From contig CAXHJY010001327.1 of the NCBI GenBank assembly GCA_964016885.1, forward strand, positions 277,421-341,420: a DNA stretch of 64,000 nt, read 5' to 3'. Below are positions 29,405 through 44,400 of this stretch, piece by piece (positions within the stretch are counted from its first letter, which is position 1; every line of letters begins with the position of its first letter). The position numbers were made by a program, and so were the translations under genes. Under the pieces are notes generated by a model. It was given only the letters and a program-made list of their open reading frames with translations. It was not told where the DNA came from and did not search any database. Source of the DNA: Eledone cirrhosa (taxonomy: Eukaryota).

Positions 29405-32400
29405 GAATATAAAACTAGTAATGACTTACCATGACTATAAAACTAGTAATGACTGTTACCATGAATATAAAACTGGTAATGACTGTTACAATGAAATATA
29501 GTTCTAGTAATGACTGTTACAATGAAATATAGAACTGGTAATGACTGTTACAATGAAATATAAAACTAGTAATGACTGTTACAATGAAACAATGAACTAG
29601 TAATGACTGTTACAATGAAATATAAAACTAGTAATGACTGTTACAATGAAATATAGAACTAGTAATGACTGTTACATTGAAATATAAAACTAGTAATGGC
29701 TGTTACAATGAAATATAGAACTAGTAATGACTGTTACAATGAACTATAAAACTAGTAATGACTTACGATGAAATATAGTACTAGAAATGACTGTTACAAT
29801 GAATATAAAACTAGTAATGACTGTTACCATGAATATAAAACTAGTAATGACTTACCATGAATATAAAACTAGTAATGACGGTTACAATGAAATATAGTTC
29901 TAGTAATGACTGTTACAATGAAATATAGTTCTAGTAATGACTGTTACAATGAAATATAGAACTGGTAATGACTGTTACAATGAAATATAGAACTAGTAAT
30001 GACTGTTACAATGAAATATAGAATTAGTATTGACTGTGACAATGAAATATAGAATTAGTAATGACTGTCACAATGAAATATAGTTCTAGTAATGACTGTT
30101 ACAATGAAACATAGAACTAGTAATGACTGTTACAATGAAATATAGAACTAGTAATGACTGTTACAATGAAATATAGAACTAGTAATGACTGTTACAATGA
30201 AATATAGAATTAGTAATGACTGTCACAATGAAATATAAAACTAGTAATGACTGTTACAATGAAATATAGAAAAAATAATGACTGTTACATGGAAATATAA
30301 AACTAGTAATGACTGTTATAATAAAATACAGTACTAGTAAAGACTGTTACAATGAATATAAAACTAGTAATGACTGTTACAACGAATATAAAACTAGTAA
30401 TGACTGTTACAATGAAATATAAAACAATCAATGACTGTTTCAATGAAAAATAGAACTAGTAATGACTGTTACAATGAAATATAGAACTAGTAATGACTGT
30501 TACAATGAAATATACACCTAGTAATAACTGTTACAATGAAATATAAAACTAGTAATGACTGTTTCAATGAAATATGGTACTAGTAATAACTGTTATAATG
30601 AAATATAAAACTAGTAATGACTGTTACAATGAAATATAAAACTAGTAATGACTGTTACAATGAAATATAAAACTAATTATGACTGTTACAATGAAATATA
30701 AAACTAGTAATGACTGTTACACTGAAATATAAAACTAGTAATGACTGTTACAATGAAATATAAAACTAGTAATGACTGTTACAATGAAATATAGAACTAG
30801 TAATGACTGTTACAATGAATATAAAACTAGTAATGACTGTTAAAAGGAATATAAAACTAGTAATGACTTATAATGAAATATAGAACTAGTAATGACTGTT
30901 ACAATGAATATAAAACTAGTAATGACTGTTACAATGAATATAAAACTAGTAATGACTGTTCCAATGAATATAAAACTAGTAATCACTGTTACAATGAATA
31001 TAAAACTAGTAATGACTGTTACAATGAATATAAAACTAGTAATGACTGTTACAATGAATATAAAACTAGTAATGACCGTTATAATGAAATATAGAACTAG
31101 TAATGACTGTTACAATGAAATATAGAACTAGTAATGACTGTTACATTGAAATATAAAACTAGTAATGGCTATTACAATGAATATAAAACTAGTAATGACT
31201 GTTACAATGAATATAAAACTAGTAATGACTATTACAATGAATATAAAACTAGTAATGACTGTTATAATGAAATATAGAACTAGTAATGACTGTTTCAATG
31301 AAATATAGAACTAGTAATGACTGTTACAATGAAATATAGAATTAGTAATGACTGTCACAATGAAATATAGTTCTAGTAATGACTGTTACAATGAAACATA
31401 GAACTAGTAATGACTGTTACAATGAAATATAGAACTAGTAATGACTGTTACAATGAAATATAGAACTAGTAATGACTGTTACAATGAAATATAGAATTAG
31501 TAATGACTGTCACAATGAAATATAAAACTAGTAATGACTGTTACAATGAAATATAGAAAAAATAATGACTGTTACATGGAAATATAAAACTAGTAATGAC
31601 TGTTATAATAAAATATAGTACTAGTAAAGACTGTTACAATGAATATAAAACTAGTAATGACTGTTACAACGAATATAAAACTAGTAATGACTGTTACAAT
31701 GAAATATAAAACAATCAATGACTGTTTCAATGAAAAATAGAACTAGTAATGACTGTTACAATGAAATACAGAACTAGTAATGACTGTTACAATGAAATAT
31801 ACAACTAGTAATAACTGTTACAATGAAATATAAAACTAGTAATGACTGTTTCAATGAAATATGGTACTAGTAATAACTGTTATAATGAAATATAAAACTA
31901 GTAATGACTGTTACAATGAAATATAAAACTAGTAATGACTGTTACAATGAAATATAAAACTAGTAATGACTGTTACAATGAAATATAAAACTAGTAATGA
32001 CTGTTACAATGAAATATAAAACTAGTAATGACTGTTACAATGAAATATAAAACTAGTAATGACTGTTACAATGAAATATAGAACTAGTAATGACTGTTAA
32101 AAGGAATATAAAACTAGTAATGACTGTTAAAAGGAATATAAAACTAGTAATGACTTATAATGAAATATAGAACTAGTAATGACTGTTACAATGAATATAA
32201 AACTAGTAATGACTGTTACAATGAATATAAAACTAGTAATGACTGTTCCAATGAATATAAAACTAGTAATGACTGTTACAATGAATATAAAACTAGTAAT
32301 GACTGTTACAATGAATATAAAACTAGTAATGACCGTTATAATGAAATATAGAACTAGTAATGACTGTTACAATGAAATATAGAACTAGTAACGACCGTTA

Positions 32401-35400
32401 CATTGAAATATAAAACTAGTAATGGCTATTACAATGAAATATAGAACTAGTAATGACTGTTACAATGAAATATAAAACTAGTAATGACGTATAATGAAAT
32501 ATAGAATTAGTAATGACTGTTACGATGAAATATAAAACTAGTAATGACAGTTACAATGAAATAATGAACTAGTAATGACTGTTACAATGAAATATAAAAC
32601 TAGTAATGACTGCTACAATGAAATATAAAACTAGTAATGACTGTTACAATGAAATATAGTACTAGTAATGACTGTTACAATGAATATAAAACTAGTAATG
32701 ACTTACCATGAATATAAAACTAGTAATGACTATTACCATGAATATAAAACTGGTAATGACTGTTACAATGAAATATAGTTCTAGTAATGACTGTTACAAT
32801 GAAATATAGAACTGGTAATGACTGTTACAATGAAATATAGAACTGGTAATGACTGTTACAATGAAATATAAAACTAGTAATGACTGTTACAATGAAATAT
32901 AAAACTAGTAATGACTGTTACAATGAATATAAAACTAGTAATTACTGTTACAATGAAATATAGAACTAGTGATGACTGTTACAATGAATATAAAATTAGT
33001 AATGACTGTTACATTGAAATATAAAACTAGTAATGACTGTTACAATGAAATATAAAACTAGTAATGACTGTTACAATGAAATATAGAACTAGTAATGACT
33101 GTTTCAATGAAATATAGAACTAGTAATGACTGTTACAATGAAATATAGAACTAGTAATGACTGTTACATTGAAATATAAAACTAGTAATGGCCGTTACAA
33201 TGAAATATAGAACTAGTAATGACTGTTACAATGAAATATAAAACTAGTAATGACTGTTACAATGAAATATAGAACTAGTAATGACTGTTACAATGAAATA
33301 TAGAACTAGTAATGACTGTTACAATGAAATATAGAACTAGTAATGACTGTTACAATTAAATATAGAACTAGTAATGACTGTTACAATGAAATATAGAACT
33401 AGTAATGACTGTTGCAATGAAATATAGTTCTAGTAATGACTGTCACAATGAAATATAGTACTGAAAATGACTGTTACAATGAATATAAAACTAGTAATGA
33501 CTGTTACCATGAATATAAAACTAGTAATGACTTACCATGAACAAAACTAGTAATGACTGTTACAATGAAATATAGTACTAGAAATGACTGTTACAAGGAA
33601 TATAAAACTAGTAATGACTGTTACAATGAAATATAAAACTAGTAATGACTGTTACAATGAAATATAGAACTAGTAATGACTGTTACAATGAATATAAAAC
33701 TAGTAATGACTGTTACAAGGAATATAAAACTAGTAATGACTGTTATAATGAAATATAGAACTATTAATGACTGTTACAATGAAATATAGAACTAGTAATG
33801 ACTGTTACAATGAATATAAAACTAGTAATGACTGTTACAATGAATATAAAACTAGTAATGACTGTTACAATGAAATATAAAACTAGTAATGACTGTTACA
33901 ATGAAATATAGAACTAGTAATGACTGTTACAATGAATATAAAACTAGTAATGACTGTTAAAAGGAATATAAAACTAGTAATGACTTATAATGAAATATAG
34001 AACTAGTAATGACTGTTACAATGAATATAAAACTAGTAATGACTGTTACAATGAATATAAAACTAGTAATGACTGTTCCAATGAATATAAAACTAGTAAT
34101 CACTGTTACAATGAATATAAAACTAGTAATGACTGTTACAATGAATATAAAACTAGTAATGACTGTTACAATGAATATAAAACTAGTAATGACCGTTATA
34201 ATGAAATATAGAACTAGTAATGACTGTTACAATGAAATATAGAACTAGTAATGACTGTTACATTGAAATATAAAACTAGTAATGGCTATTACAATGAATA
34301 TAAAACTAGTAATGACTGTTACAATGAATATAAAACTAGTAATGACTATTACAATGAATATAAAACTAGTAATGACTGTTATAATGAAATATAGAACTAG
34401 TAATGACTGTTTCAATGAAATATAGAACTAGTAATGACTGTTACAATGAAATATAGAATTAGTAATGACTGTCACAATGAAATATAGTTCTAGTAATGAC
34501 TGTTACAATGAAACATAGAACTAGTAATGACTGTTACAATGAAATATAGAACTAGTAATGACTGTTACAATGAAATATAGAACTAGTAATGACTGTTACA
34601 ATGAAATATAGAATTAGTAATGACTGTCACAATGAAATATAAAACTAGTAATGACTGTTACAATGAAATATAGAAAAAATAATGACTGTTACATGGAAAT
34701 ATAAAACTAGTAATGACTGTTATAATAAAATATAGTACTAGTAAAGACTGTTACAATGAATATAAAACTAGTAATGACTGTTACAACGAATATAAAACTA
34801 GTAATGACTGTTACAATGAAATATAAAACAATCAATGACTGTTTCAATGAAAAATAGAACTAGTAATGACTGTTACAATGAAATACAGAACTAGTAATGA
34901 CTGTTACAATGAAATATACAACTAGTAATAACTGTTACAATGAAATATAAAACTAGTAATGACTGTTTCAATGAAATATGGTACTAGTAATAACTGTTAT
35001 AATGAAATATAAAACTAGTAATGACTGTTACAATGAAATATAAAACTAGTAATGACTGTTACAATGAAATATAAAACTAGTAATGACTGTTACAATGAAA
35101 TATAAAACTAGTAATGACTGTTACAATGAAATATAAAACTAGTAATGACTGTTACAATGAAATATAAAACTAGTAATGACTGTTACAATGAAATATAGAA
35201 CTAGTAATGACTGTTAAAAGGAATATAAAACTAGTAATGACTGTTAAAAGGAATATAAAACTAGTAATGACTTATAATGAAATATAGAACTAGTAATGAC
35301 TGTTACAATGAATATAAAACTAGTAATGACTGTTACAATGAATATAAAACTAGTAATGACTGTTCCAATGAATATAAAACTAGTAATGACTGTTACAATG

Positions 35401-38400
35401 AATATAAAACTAGTAATGACTGTTACAATGAATATAAAACTAGTAATGACCGTTATAATGAAATATAGAACTAGTAATGACTGTTACAATGAAATATAGA
35501 ACTAGTAACGACCGTTACATTGAAATATAAAACTAGTAATGGCTATTACAATGAAATATAGAACTAGTAATGACTGTTACAATGAAATATAAAACTAGTA
35601 ATGACGTATAATGAAATATAGAATTAGTAATGACTGTTACGATGAAATATAAAACTAGTAATGACAGTTACAATGAAATAATGAACTAGTAATGACTGTT
35701 ACAATGAAATATAAAACTAGTAATGACTGCTACAATGAAATATAAAACTAGTAATGACTGTTACAATGAAATATAGTACTAGTAATGACTGTTACAATGA
35801 ATATAAAACTAGTAATGACTTACCATGAATATAAAACTAGTAATGACTATTACCATGAATATAAAACTGGTAATGACTGTTACAATGAAATATAGTTCTA
35901 GTAATGACTGTTACAATGAAATATAGAACTGGTAATGACTGTTACAATGAAATATAGAACTGGTAATGACTGTTACAATGAAATATAAAACTAGTAATGA
36001 CTGTTACAATGAAATATAAAACTAGTAATGACTGTTACAATGAATATAAAACTAGTAATTACTGTTACAATGAAATATAGAACTAGTGATGACTGTTACA
36101 ATGAATATAAAATTAGTAATGACTGTTACATTGAAATATAAAACTAGTAATGACTGTTACAATGAAATATAAAACTAGTAATGACTGTTACAATGAAATA
36201 TAGAACTAGTAATGACTGTTTCAATGAAATATAGAACTAGTAATGACTGTTACAATGAAATATAGAACTAGTAATGACTGTTACATTGAAATATAAAACT
36301 AGTAATGGCCGTTACAATGAAATATAGAACTAGTAATGACTGTTACAATGAAATATAAAACTAGTAATGACTGTTACAATGAAATATAGAACTAGTAATG
36401 ACTGTTACAATGAAATATAGAACTAGTAATGACTGTTACAATGAAATATAGAACTAGTAATGACTGTTACAATTAAATATAGAACTAGTAATGACTGTTA
36501 CAATGAAATATAGAACTAGTAATGACTGTTGCAATGAAATATAGTTCTAGTAATGACTGTCACAATGAAATATAGTACTGAAAATGACTGTTACAATGAA
36601 TATAAAACTAGTAATGACTGTTACCATGAATATAAAACTAGTAATGACTTACCATGAACAAAACTAGTAATGACTGTTACAATGAAATATAGTACTAGAA
36701 ATGACTGTTACAAGGAATATAAAACTAGTAATGACTGTTACAATGAAATATAAAACTAGTAATGACTGTTACAATGAAATATAGAACTAGTAATGACTGT
36801 TACAATGAATATAAAACTAGTCATGACTGTTACAAGGAATATAAAACTAGTAATGACTGTTATAATGAAATATAGAACTATTAATGACTGTTACAATGAA
36901 ATATAGAACTAGTAATGACTGTTACAATGAATATAAAACTAGTAATGACTGTTACAATGAATATAAAACTAGTAATGACTGTTACAATGAAATTTAGAAC
37001 TAGTAATGACTGTTACAATGAAATTTAGAACTAGTAATGACTGTTACAATGAAATATAGAACTAGTAATGACTGTTACAATGAAATATAGTACTAGTAAT
37101 GACTGTTACAATGAACATAAAACTAGTAATGACTGTTACAATGAAATATAGAACTAGCAGTGAGTGTGACAATGAAATATAGAACGAGAAATGACTGTTA
37201 CAATGAAATATAGAACTAGTAATGACTGTTACAATGAAATGTAGAACTAGTAATGACTGTTACAATGAAATAATGACTGTTACAATGAAATATAGAACTA
37301 GTAATGACTGTTACAATGAAATATAGAACTTGTAATGACTGTTACAATGAAATATAGAACTCGTAATGACTGTTACCATGAATATAAAACTAGTAATGAC
37401 TGTTACGATGAAGTATAAAACTAGTAATGTCTGTTACAATGAAATAAAGAACTAGTAATGACTGTTACAATGAAATATAGAACTAGTAATGACTGTTACA
37501 ATGAAATATAGAACTAGTAATGACTGAAATATAGAACTAGTAATGACTGTTATAATGAAATATAAAACTAGTAAAGACTTGAAATGAAATATAAAACTAG
37601 TAATGACTGTTAAAAAGAAATATAAAACTAGTAATGACTTATAATGAAATATAAAACTAGTAATGACTGTTACAATGAAATATAGAACTAGTAATGACTG
37701 TTACAATGAAATATAGAACTAGTAATGACTGTTACAATGAAATATAGAACTAGTAATGACTGTTACCATGAATATAAAACTAGTAATGACTTACCGTAAA
37801 TATAAAACTAGTAATGACTGTTACAATGAAATATAGTTCTAGTAATGACTGTTACAATGAAATATAGAACTGCTAATGACTGTTACAATGAAATATAAAA
37901 CTAGTAATGACTGTTACAATGAAATATAAAACTAGTAATAACTGTTACAATGAAATATAAAACTAGTAATAACTGTTACAATGAAATATACAACTAGTAA
38001 TGACTGTTTCAATGAAATATGGTACTAGTAATAACTGTTATAATGAAATATAAAACTAGTAATGACTGTTACAATGAAATATAAAACTAGTAATGACTGT
38101 TACAATGAAATATAAAACTAGTAATGACTGTTACAATGAAATATAAAACTAGTAATGACTGTTACAATGAAATATAAAACTAGTAATGACTGTTACAATG
38201 AAATATAAAACTAGTAATGACTTACAATGAAATATAGAACTAGTAATGACTGTTACAATGAATATAAAACTAGTAATGACTGTTAAAAGGAATATAAAAC
38301 TAGTAATGACTTATAATTGTTTCTACTTTAGGCACAAGGACAGCAATTACCCAGTGCATTACTGGTACTTTATTTTATCGACCCCGTAAGGATGAAAGGC

Positions 38401-41400
38401 AAAGTCAACCTCGGCGGGATTTGAACTCAAATCGTAAAGGGACGTAACTATGCTGGAAAGCATGGCGTCCGACCCTCTACCGATACTGCCAATCCACCGC
38501 CATTTAATGACTTATAATGAAATATAGAACTAGTAATGACTGTTACAATGAAATATAGAACTAGTAATGACTGTTACAATGAATATAAAACTAGTAATGA
38601 CTGTTAAAAGGAATATGAAACTAGTAATGACTGTTAAAAGGAATATAAAACTAGTAATGACTTATAATGAAATATAGAACTAGTAATGACTGTTACAATG
38701 AAATAATGAACTAGGAATGACTGTTACAATGAAATATAAAACTAGTAATGACTGTTACAATGAAATATAGTACTAGTAATGACTGTTACAATGAATATAA
38801 AACTAGTAATGACTTACCATGAATATAAAACTAGTAATGACTGTTACCATGAATATAAAACTGGTAATGACTGTTACAATGAAATATAGTTCTAGTAATG
38901 ACTGTTACAATGAAATATAGTTCTCGTAATGACTGTTACAATGAAATATAGAACTGGTAATGACTGTTACAATGAAATATAAAACTAGTAATGACTTACA
39001 ATGAAATATAAAACTAGTAATGACTGTTACAATGAAATATAAAACTAGTAATGACTGTTACAATGAATATAAAACTAGTAATGACTGTTACAATGAAATA
39101 TAGAACTAGTAATGACTGTTACAATGAATATAAAACTAGTAATGACTGTTACATTGAAATATAAAACTAGTAATGACTGTTACAATGAAATATAAAACTA
39201 GTAATGACTGTTACAATGAAATATAGAACTAGTAATGACTGTTTCAATGAAATATAGAACTAGTAATGACTGTTACAATGAAATATAGAACTATTAATGA
39301 CTGTTACATTGAAATATAAAACTAGTAATGGCTGTTACAATGAAATATAAAACTAGTAATGACTGTTACAATGAAATATAGTACTAGAAATGACTGTTAC
39401 AAGGAATATAAAACTAGTAATGACTGTTACAATGAAATATAAAACATGCAATGACTGTTTCAATGAAAAATAGAACTAGTAATGACTGTTACAATGAAAT
39501 ATAGAACTGGTAATGACTGTTACAATGAAATATACAACTAGTAATGACTGGTTCAACGAAATATGGTACTAGTAATAACTGTTATAATGAAATATAAAAC
39601 TAGTAATGACTGTTACAATGAATATAAAACTAGTAATGACTGTTACAATGAAATATAAAAATTGTAATGACTGTTACAATGAAATATAGAACTAGTAATG
39701 ACTGTTACAAGGAATATAAAACTAGTAATGACTGTTACAAGGAATATAAAACTAGTAATGACTGTTATAATGAAATATAGAACTATTAATGACTGTTACA
39801 ATGAAATATAGAACTAGTAATGACTGTTACAATGAATATAAAACTAGTAATGACTGTTACAATGAATATAAAACTAGTAATGACTGTTACAATGAAATAT
39901 AGAACTAGTAATGACTGTTACAATGAAATATAGAACTAGTAATGACTGTTACATTGAAATATAAAACTAGTAATGGCTATTACAATGAAATATAGAACTA
40001 GTAATGACTGTTACAATGAAATATAAAACTAGTAATGACTGTTACAATGAATATAAAACTAGTAATGACTGTTACAATGAAATATAGAATTAGTAATGAC
40101 TGTTACAATTAAATAAAGAACTAGTAATGACTGTTACAATGAAATATAGAACTAGTAATGACTGTTACAATGAAATATAGAACTAGTAATGACTGTTACA
40201 ATGAAATATAGAACTAGTAATGACTGTTACAATGAAATATAAAACTAGTAATGACTGTTACAATGAAATATAGAACTCGTAATGACTGTTACAATGAATA
40301 TAAAACTAGTAATGACTGTTACAATGAATATAAAACTAGTAATGACTGTTACAATGAATATAAAACTAGTAATGACTGTTACAATGAATATAAAACTACT
40401 AATGTCTGTTACAATGAAATAAAGAACTAGTAATGACTGTTACAATGAAATATAGAACTAGTAATGACTGTTACAATGAAATATAGAACTAGTAATGACT
40501 GAAATATAGAACTAGTGATGACTGTTATAATGAAATATAAAACTAGTAATGACTTGAAATGAAATATAAAACTAGTAATGACTGTTAAAAAGAAATATAA
40601 ATCTAGTAATGACTTATAATGAAATATAAAACTAGTAATGACTGTTACAATGAAATATAGAACTAGTAATGACTGTTACAATGAAATATAGAACTAGTAA
40701 TGACTGTTACCATGAATATAAAACTAGTAATGACTTACCATGAATATAAAACTAGTAATGACTGTTACAATGAAATATAGTTCTAGTAATGACTGTTACA
40801 ATGAAATATAGTTCTAGTCATGACTGTTACAGTGAAATATAGAACTGGTAATGACTGTTACAATGAAATATAGAACTAGTATTGACTGTGACAATGAAAT
40901 ATAGAATTAGTAATGACTGTCACAATGAAATATAGTTCTAGTAATGACTGTTACAATGAAATATAGAACTAGTAATGACTGTAACAATGAAATATAGAAC
41001 TAGTAATGACTGTTACAATGAAATATAAAACTAGTAATGACTGTTACGATGAAATAATGAACTAGTAATGACTGTTACAATGAAATATAAAACTAGTAAT
41101 GACTGTTACAATGAAATATAGTACTAGTAATGACTGTTACAATGAATATAAAACTAGTAATGACTGTTACCATGAATATAAAACTAGTAATGACTGTTAC
41201 CATGAATATAAAACTGGTAATGACTGTTACAATGAAATATAGTTCTAGTAATGACTGTTACAATGAAATATAGTTCTCGTAATGACTGTTACAATGAAAT
41301 ATAGTTCTAGTAATGACTGTTACAATGAAATATAGAACTGGTAATGACTGTTACAATGAAATATAAAACTAGTAATGACTGTTACAATGAATTATAAAAC

Positions 41401-44400
41401 TAGTAATGACTGTTACAATGAATATAAAACTAGTAATGACTGTTACAATGAAATATAGAACTAGTAATGACTGTTACAATGAAATATAAAACTAGTAATG
41501 ACTGTTACAATGAATATAAAACTAGTAATGACTGTTACATTCAAATATAAAACTAGTAATGACTGTTACAATGAAATATAAAACTAATAATGACTGTTAC
41601 AATGAATTATAGAACTAGTAATGACTGTTACAATGAAATATAGAACTAGTAATGACTGTTACATTGAAATATAAAACTAGTAATGGCTGTTACAATGAAA
41701 TATAGAACTAGTAATGACTGTTACAATGAAATATAAAACTAGTAATGACTGTCACAATGAAATATAGTACTAAAAATGACTGTTACAATGAATATAAAAC
41801 TAGTAATGACTGTTACCATGAATATAAAACTAGTAATGACTTACCATGAACATAAAACTAGTAATGACTGTTACAATGAAATATAGTACTAGAAATGACT
41901 GTTACAACGACTATAAAACTAGTAATGACTGTTACAATGAAATATAAAACTAGTAATGACTGTTACAATGAAATATAGAACTGGTAATGACTGTTACAAT
42001 GAAATATACAACTAGTAATGACTGTTTCAATAAAATATGGTACTAGTAATAACTGTTATAATGAAATATAAAACTAGTAATGACTGTTACAATGAATATA
42101 AAACTAGTAATGACTGTTACAATGAAATATAAAAATTGTAATGACTGTTACAATGAAATATAGAACTAGTAATGACTGTTACAATGAATATAAAACTAGT
42201 AATGACTGTTACAAGGAATATAAAACTAGTAATGACTGTTATAATGAAATATAGAACTATTAATGACTGTTACAATGAAATATAGAACTAATAATGACTG
42301 TTACAATGAATATAAAACTAGTAATGACTGTTACAATGAATATAAAACTAGTAATGACCGTTACAATGAAATATAGAACTAGTAATTACTGTTACAATGA
42401 AATATAGAACTAGTAATGACTTACATTGAAATATAAAACTAGTAATGGCTATTACAATGAAATATAAAACTAGTAATGACTTATAATGAAATATAGAATT
42501 AGTAATGACTGTTACAATGAAATATAAAACTAGTAATGACTGTTACAATGAAATAATGAACTAGTAATAACTGTTACAATGAAATATAGTACTAGTAATG
42601 ACTGTTACAATGAATATAAAACTAGTAATGACTGTTACCATGAATATAAAACTAGTAATGACTGTTACCATGAATATAAAACTAGTAATGACTGTTACAA
42701 TGAATATAAAACTAGTAATGATTGTTACAATGAAATATAGAATTAGTAATGACTGTTACAATTAAATAAAGAACTAGTAATGACTGTTACAATGAAATAT
42801 AGAACTAGTAATGACTGTTACAATGAAATATAGTACTAGTAATGACTGTTACAATGAACATAAAACTAGTAATGACTGTTACAATGAAATATAGAACTAG
42901 CAGTGACTGTGACAATGAAATATAGAATGAGAAATGACTGTTACAATGAAATATACAACTAGTAATGACTGTTACAATGAAATATAGAACTAGTAATGAC
43001 TGTTACATGGAAATATAAAACTAGTAATGACTGTTATAAAATATAGTACTAGTAATGACTGTTACAATGAATATAAAACTAGTAATGACTGTTACAACGA
43101 ATATAAAACTAGTAATGACTGTTACAATGAAATATAAAACAATCAATGACTGTTTCAATGAAAAATAGAACTAGTAATGACTGTTACAATGAAATATACA
43201 TCTAGTAATAACTGTTACAATGACATATAAAACTAGTAATGACTGTTTCAATGAAATATGGTACTAGTTATAACTGTTATAATGAAATATAAAACTAGTA
43301 ATGACTGTTACAATGAAATATAAAACTAGTAATGACTGTTACAATGAAATATAAAACTAGTAATGACTGTTACAATGAAATATAAAACTAGTAATGACTG
43401 TTACAATGAAATATAGAACTAGTAATGACTGTTACGATGAATATAAAACTAGTAATGACTGTTAAAAGGAATATAAAACTAGTAATGACTTATAATGAAA
43501 TATAGAACTAGGAATGACTGTTTCAATGAAATATAGAACTAGTAATGACTGTTACAATGAATATAAAACTAGTAATGACTGTTACAATGAATATAAAACT
43601 AGTAATGACTGTTCCAATGAATATAAAACTAGTAATGACTGTTACAATGAATATAAAACTAGTAATGACTGTTACAATGAATATAAAACTAGTAATGACT
43701 GTTACATTGAAATATAAAACTAGTAATGACTGTTACAATGAAATATAAAACTAGTAATGACTGTTACAATGAAATATAGAACTAGTAATGACTGTTTCAA
43801 TGAAATATAGAACTAGTAATGACTGTTACAATGAAATATAGAACTAGTAATGACTGTTACATTGAAATATAAAACTAGTAATGGCTATTACAATGAAATA
43901 TAGAACTAGTAATGACTGTTACAATGAAATATAAAACTAGTAATGATGTATAATGAAATATAGAATTAGTAATGACTGTTACGATGAAATATAAAACTAG
44001 TAATGACTGTTACAATGAAATAATGAACTAGTAATGACTGTTACAATGAAATATAAAACTAGTAATGACTGTTACAATGAAATATAGTACTAGTAATGAC
44101 TGTTACAATGAATATAAAACTAGTAAATACTGTACCATGAATATAAAACTAGTAATGACTGTTACCATGAATATAAAACTGGTAATGACTGTTACAATGA
44201 AATATAAAACTAGTAATGAATGTTACAATGAAATATAAAACTAGTAATGACTGTTACAATGAAATATAAAACTAGTAATGACTGTTACAATGAATATAAA
44301 ACTAGTAATGACTGTTACAATGAAATATAGAACTAGTAATGACTGTTACAATGAATATAAAACTAGTAATGACTGTTACATTGAAATATAAAACTAGTAA

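Noticed and set aside
38420-38501. tRNA gene
   Set aside because: A and B boxes are present, but no complete cloverleaf is evident and it continues into a SINE body with TSDs.
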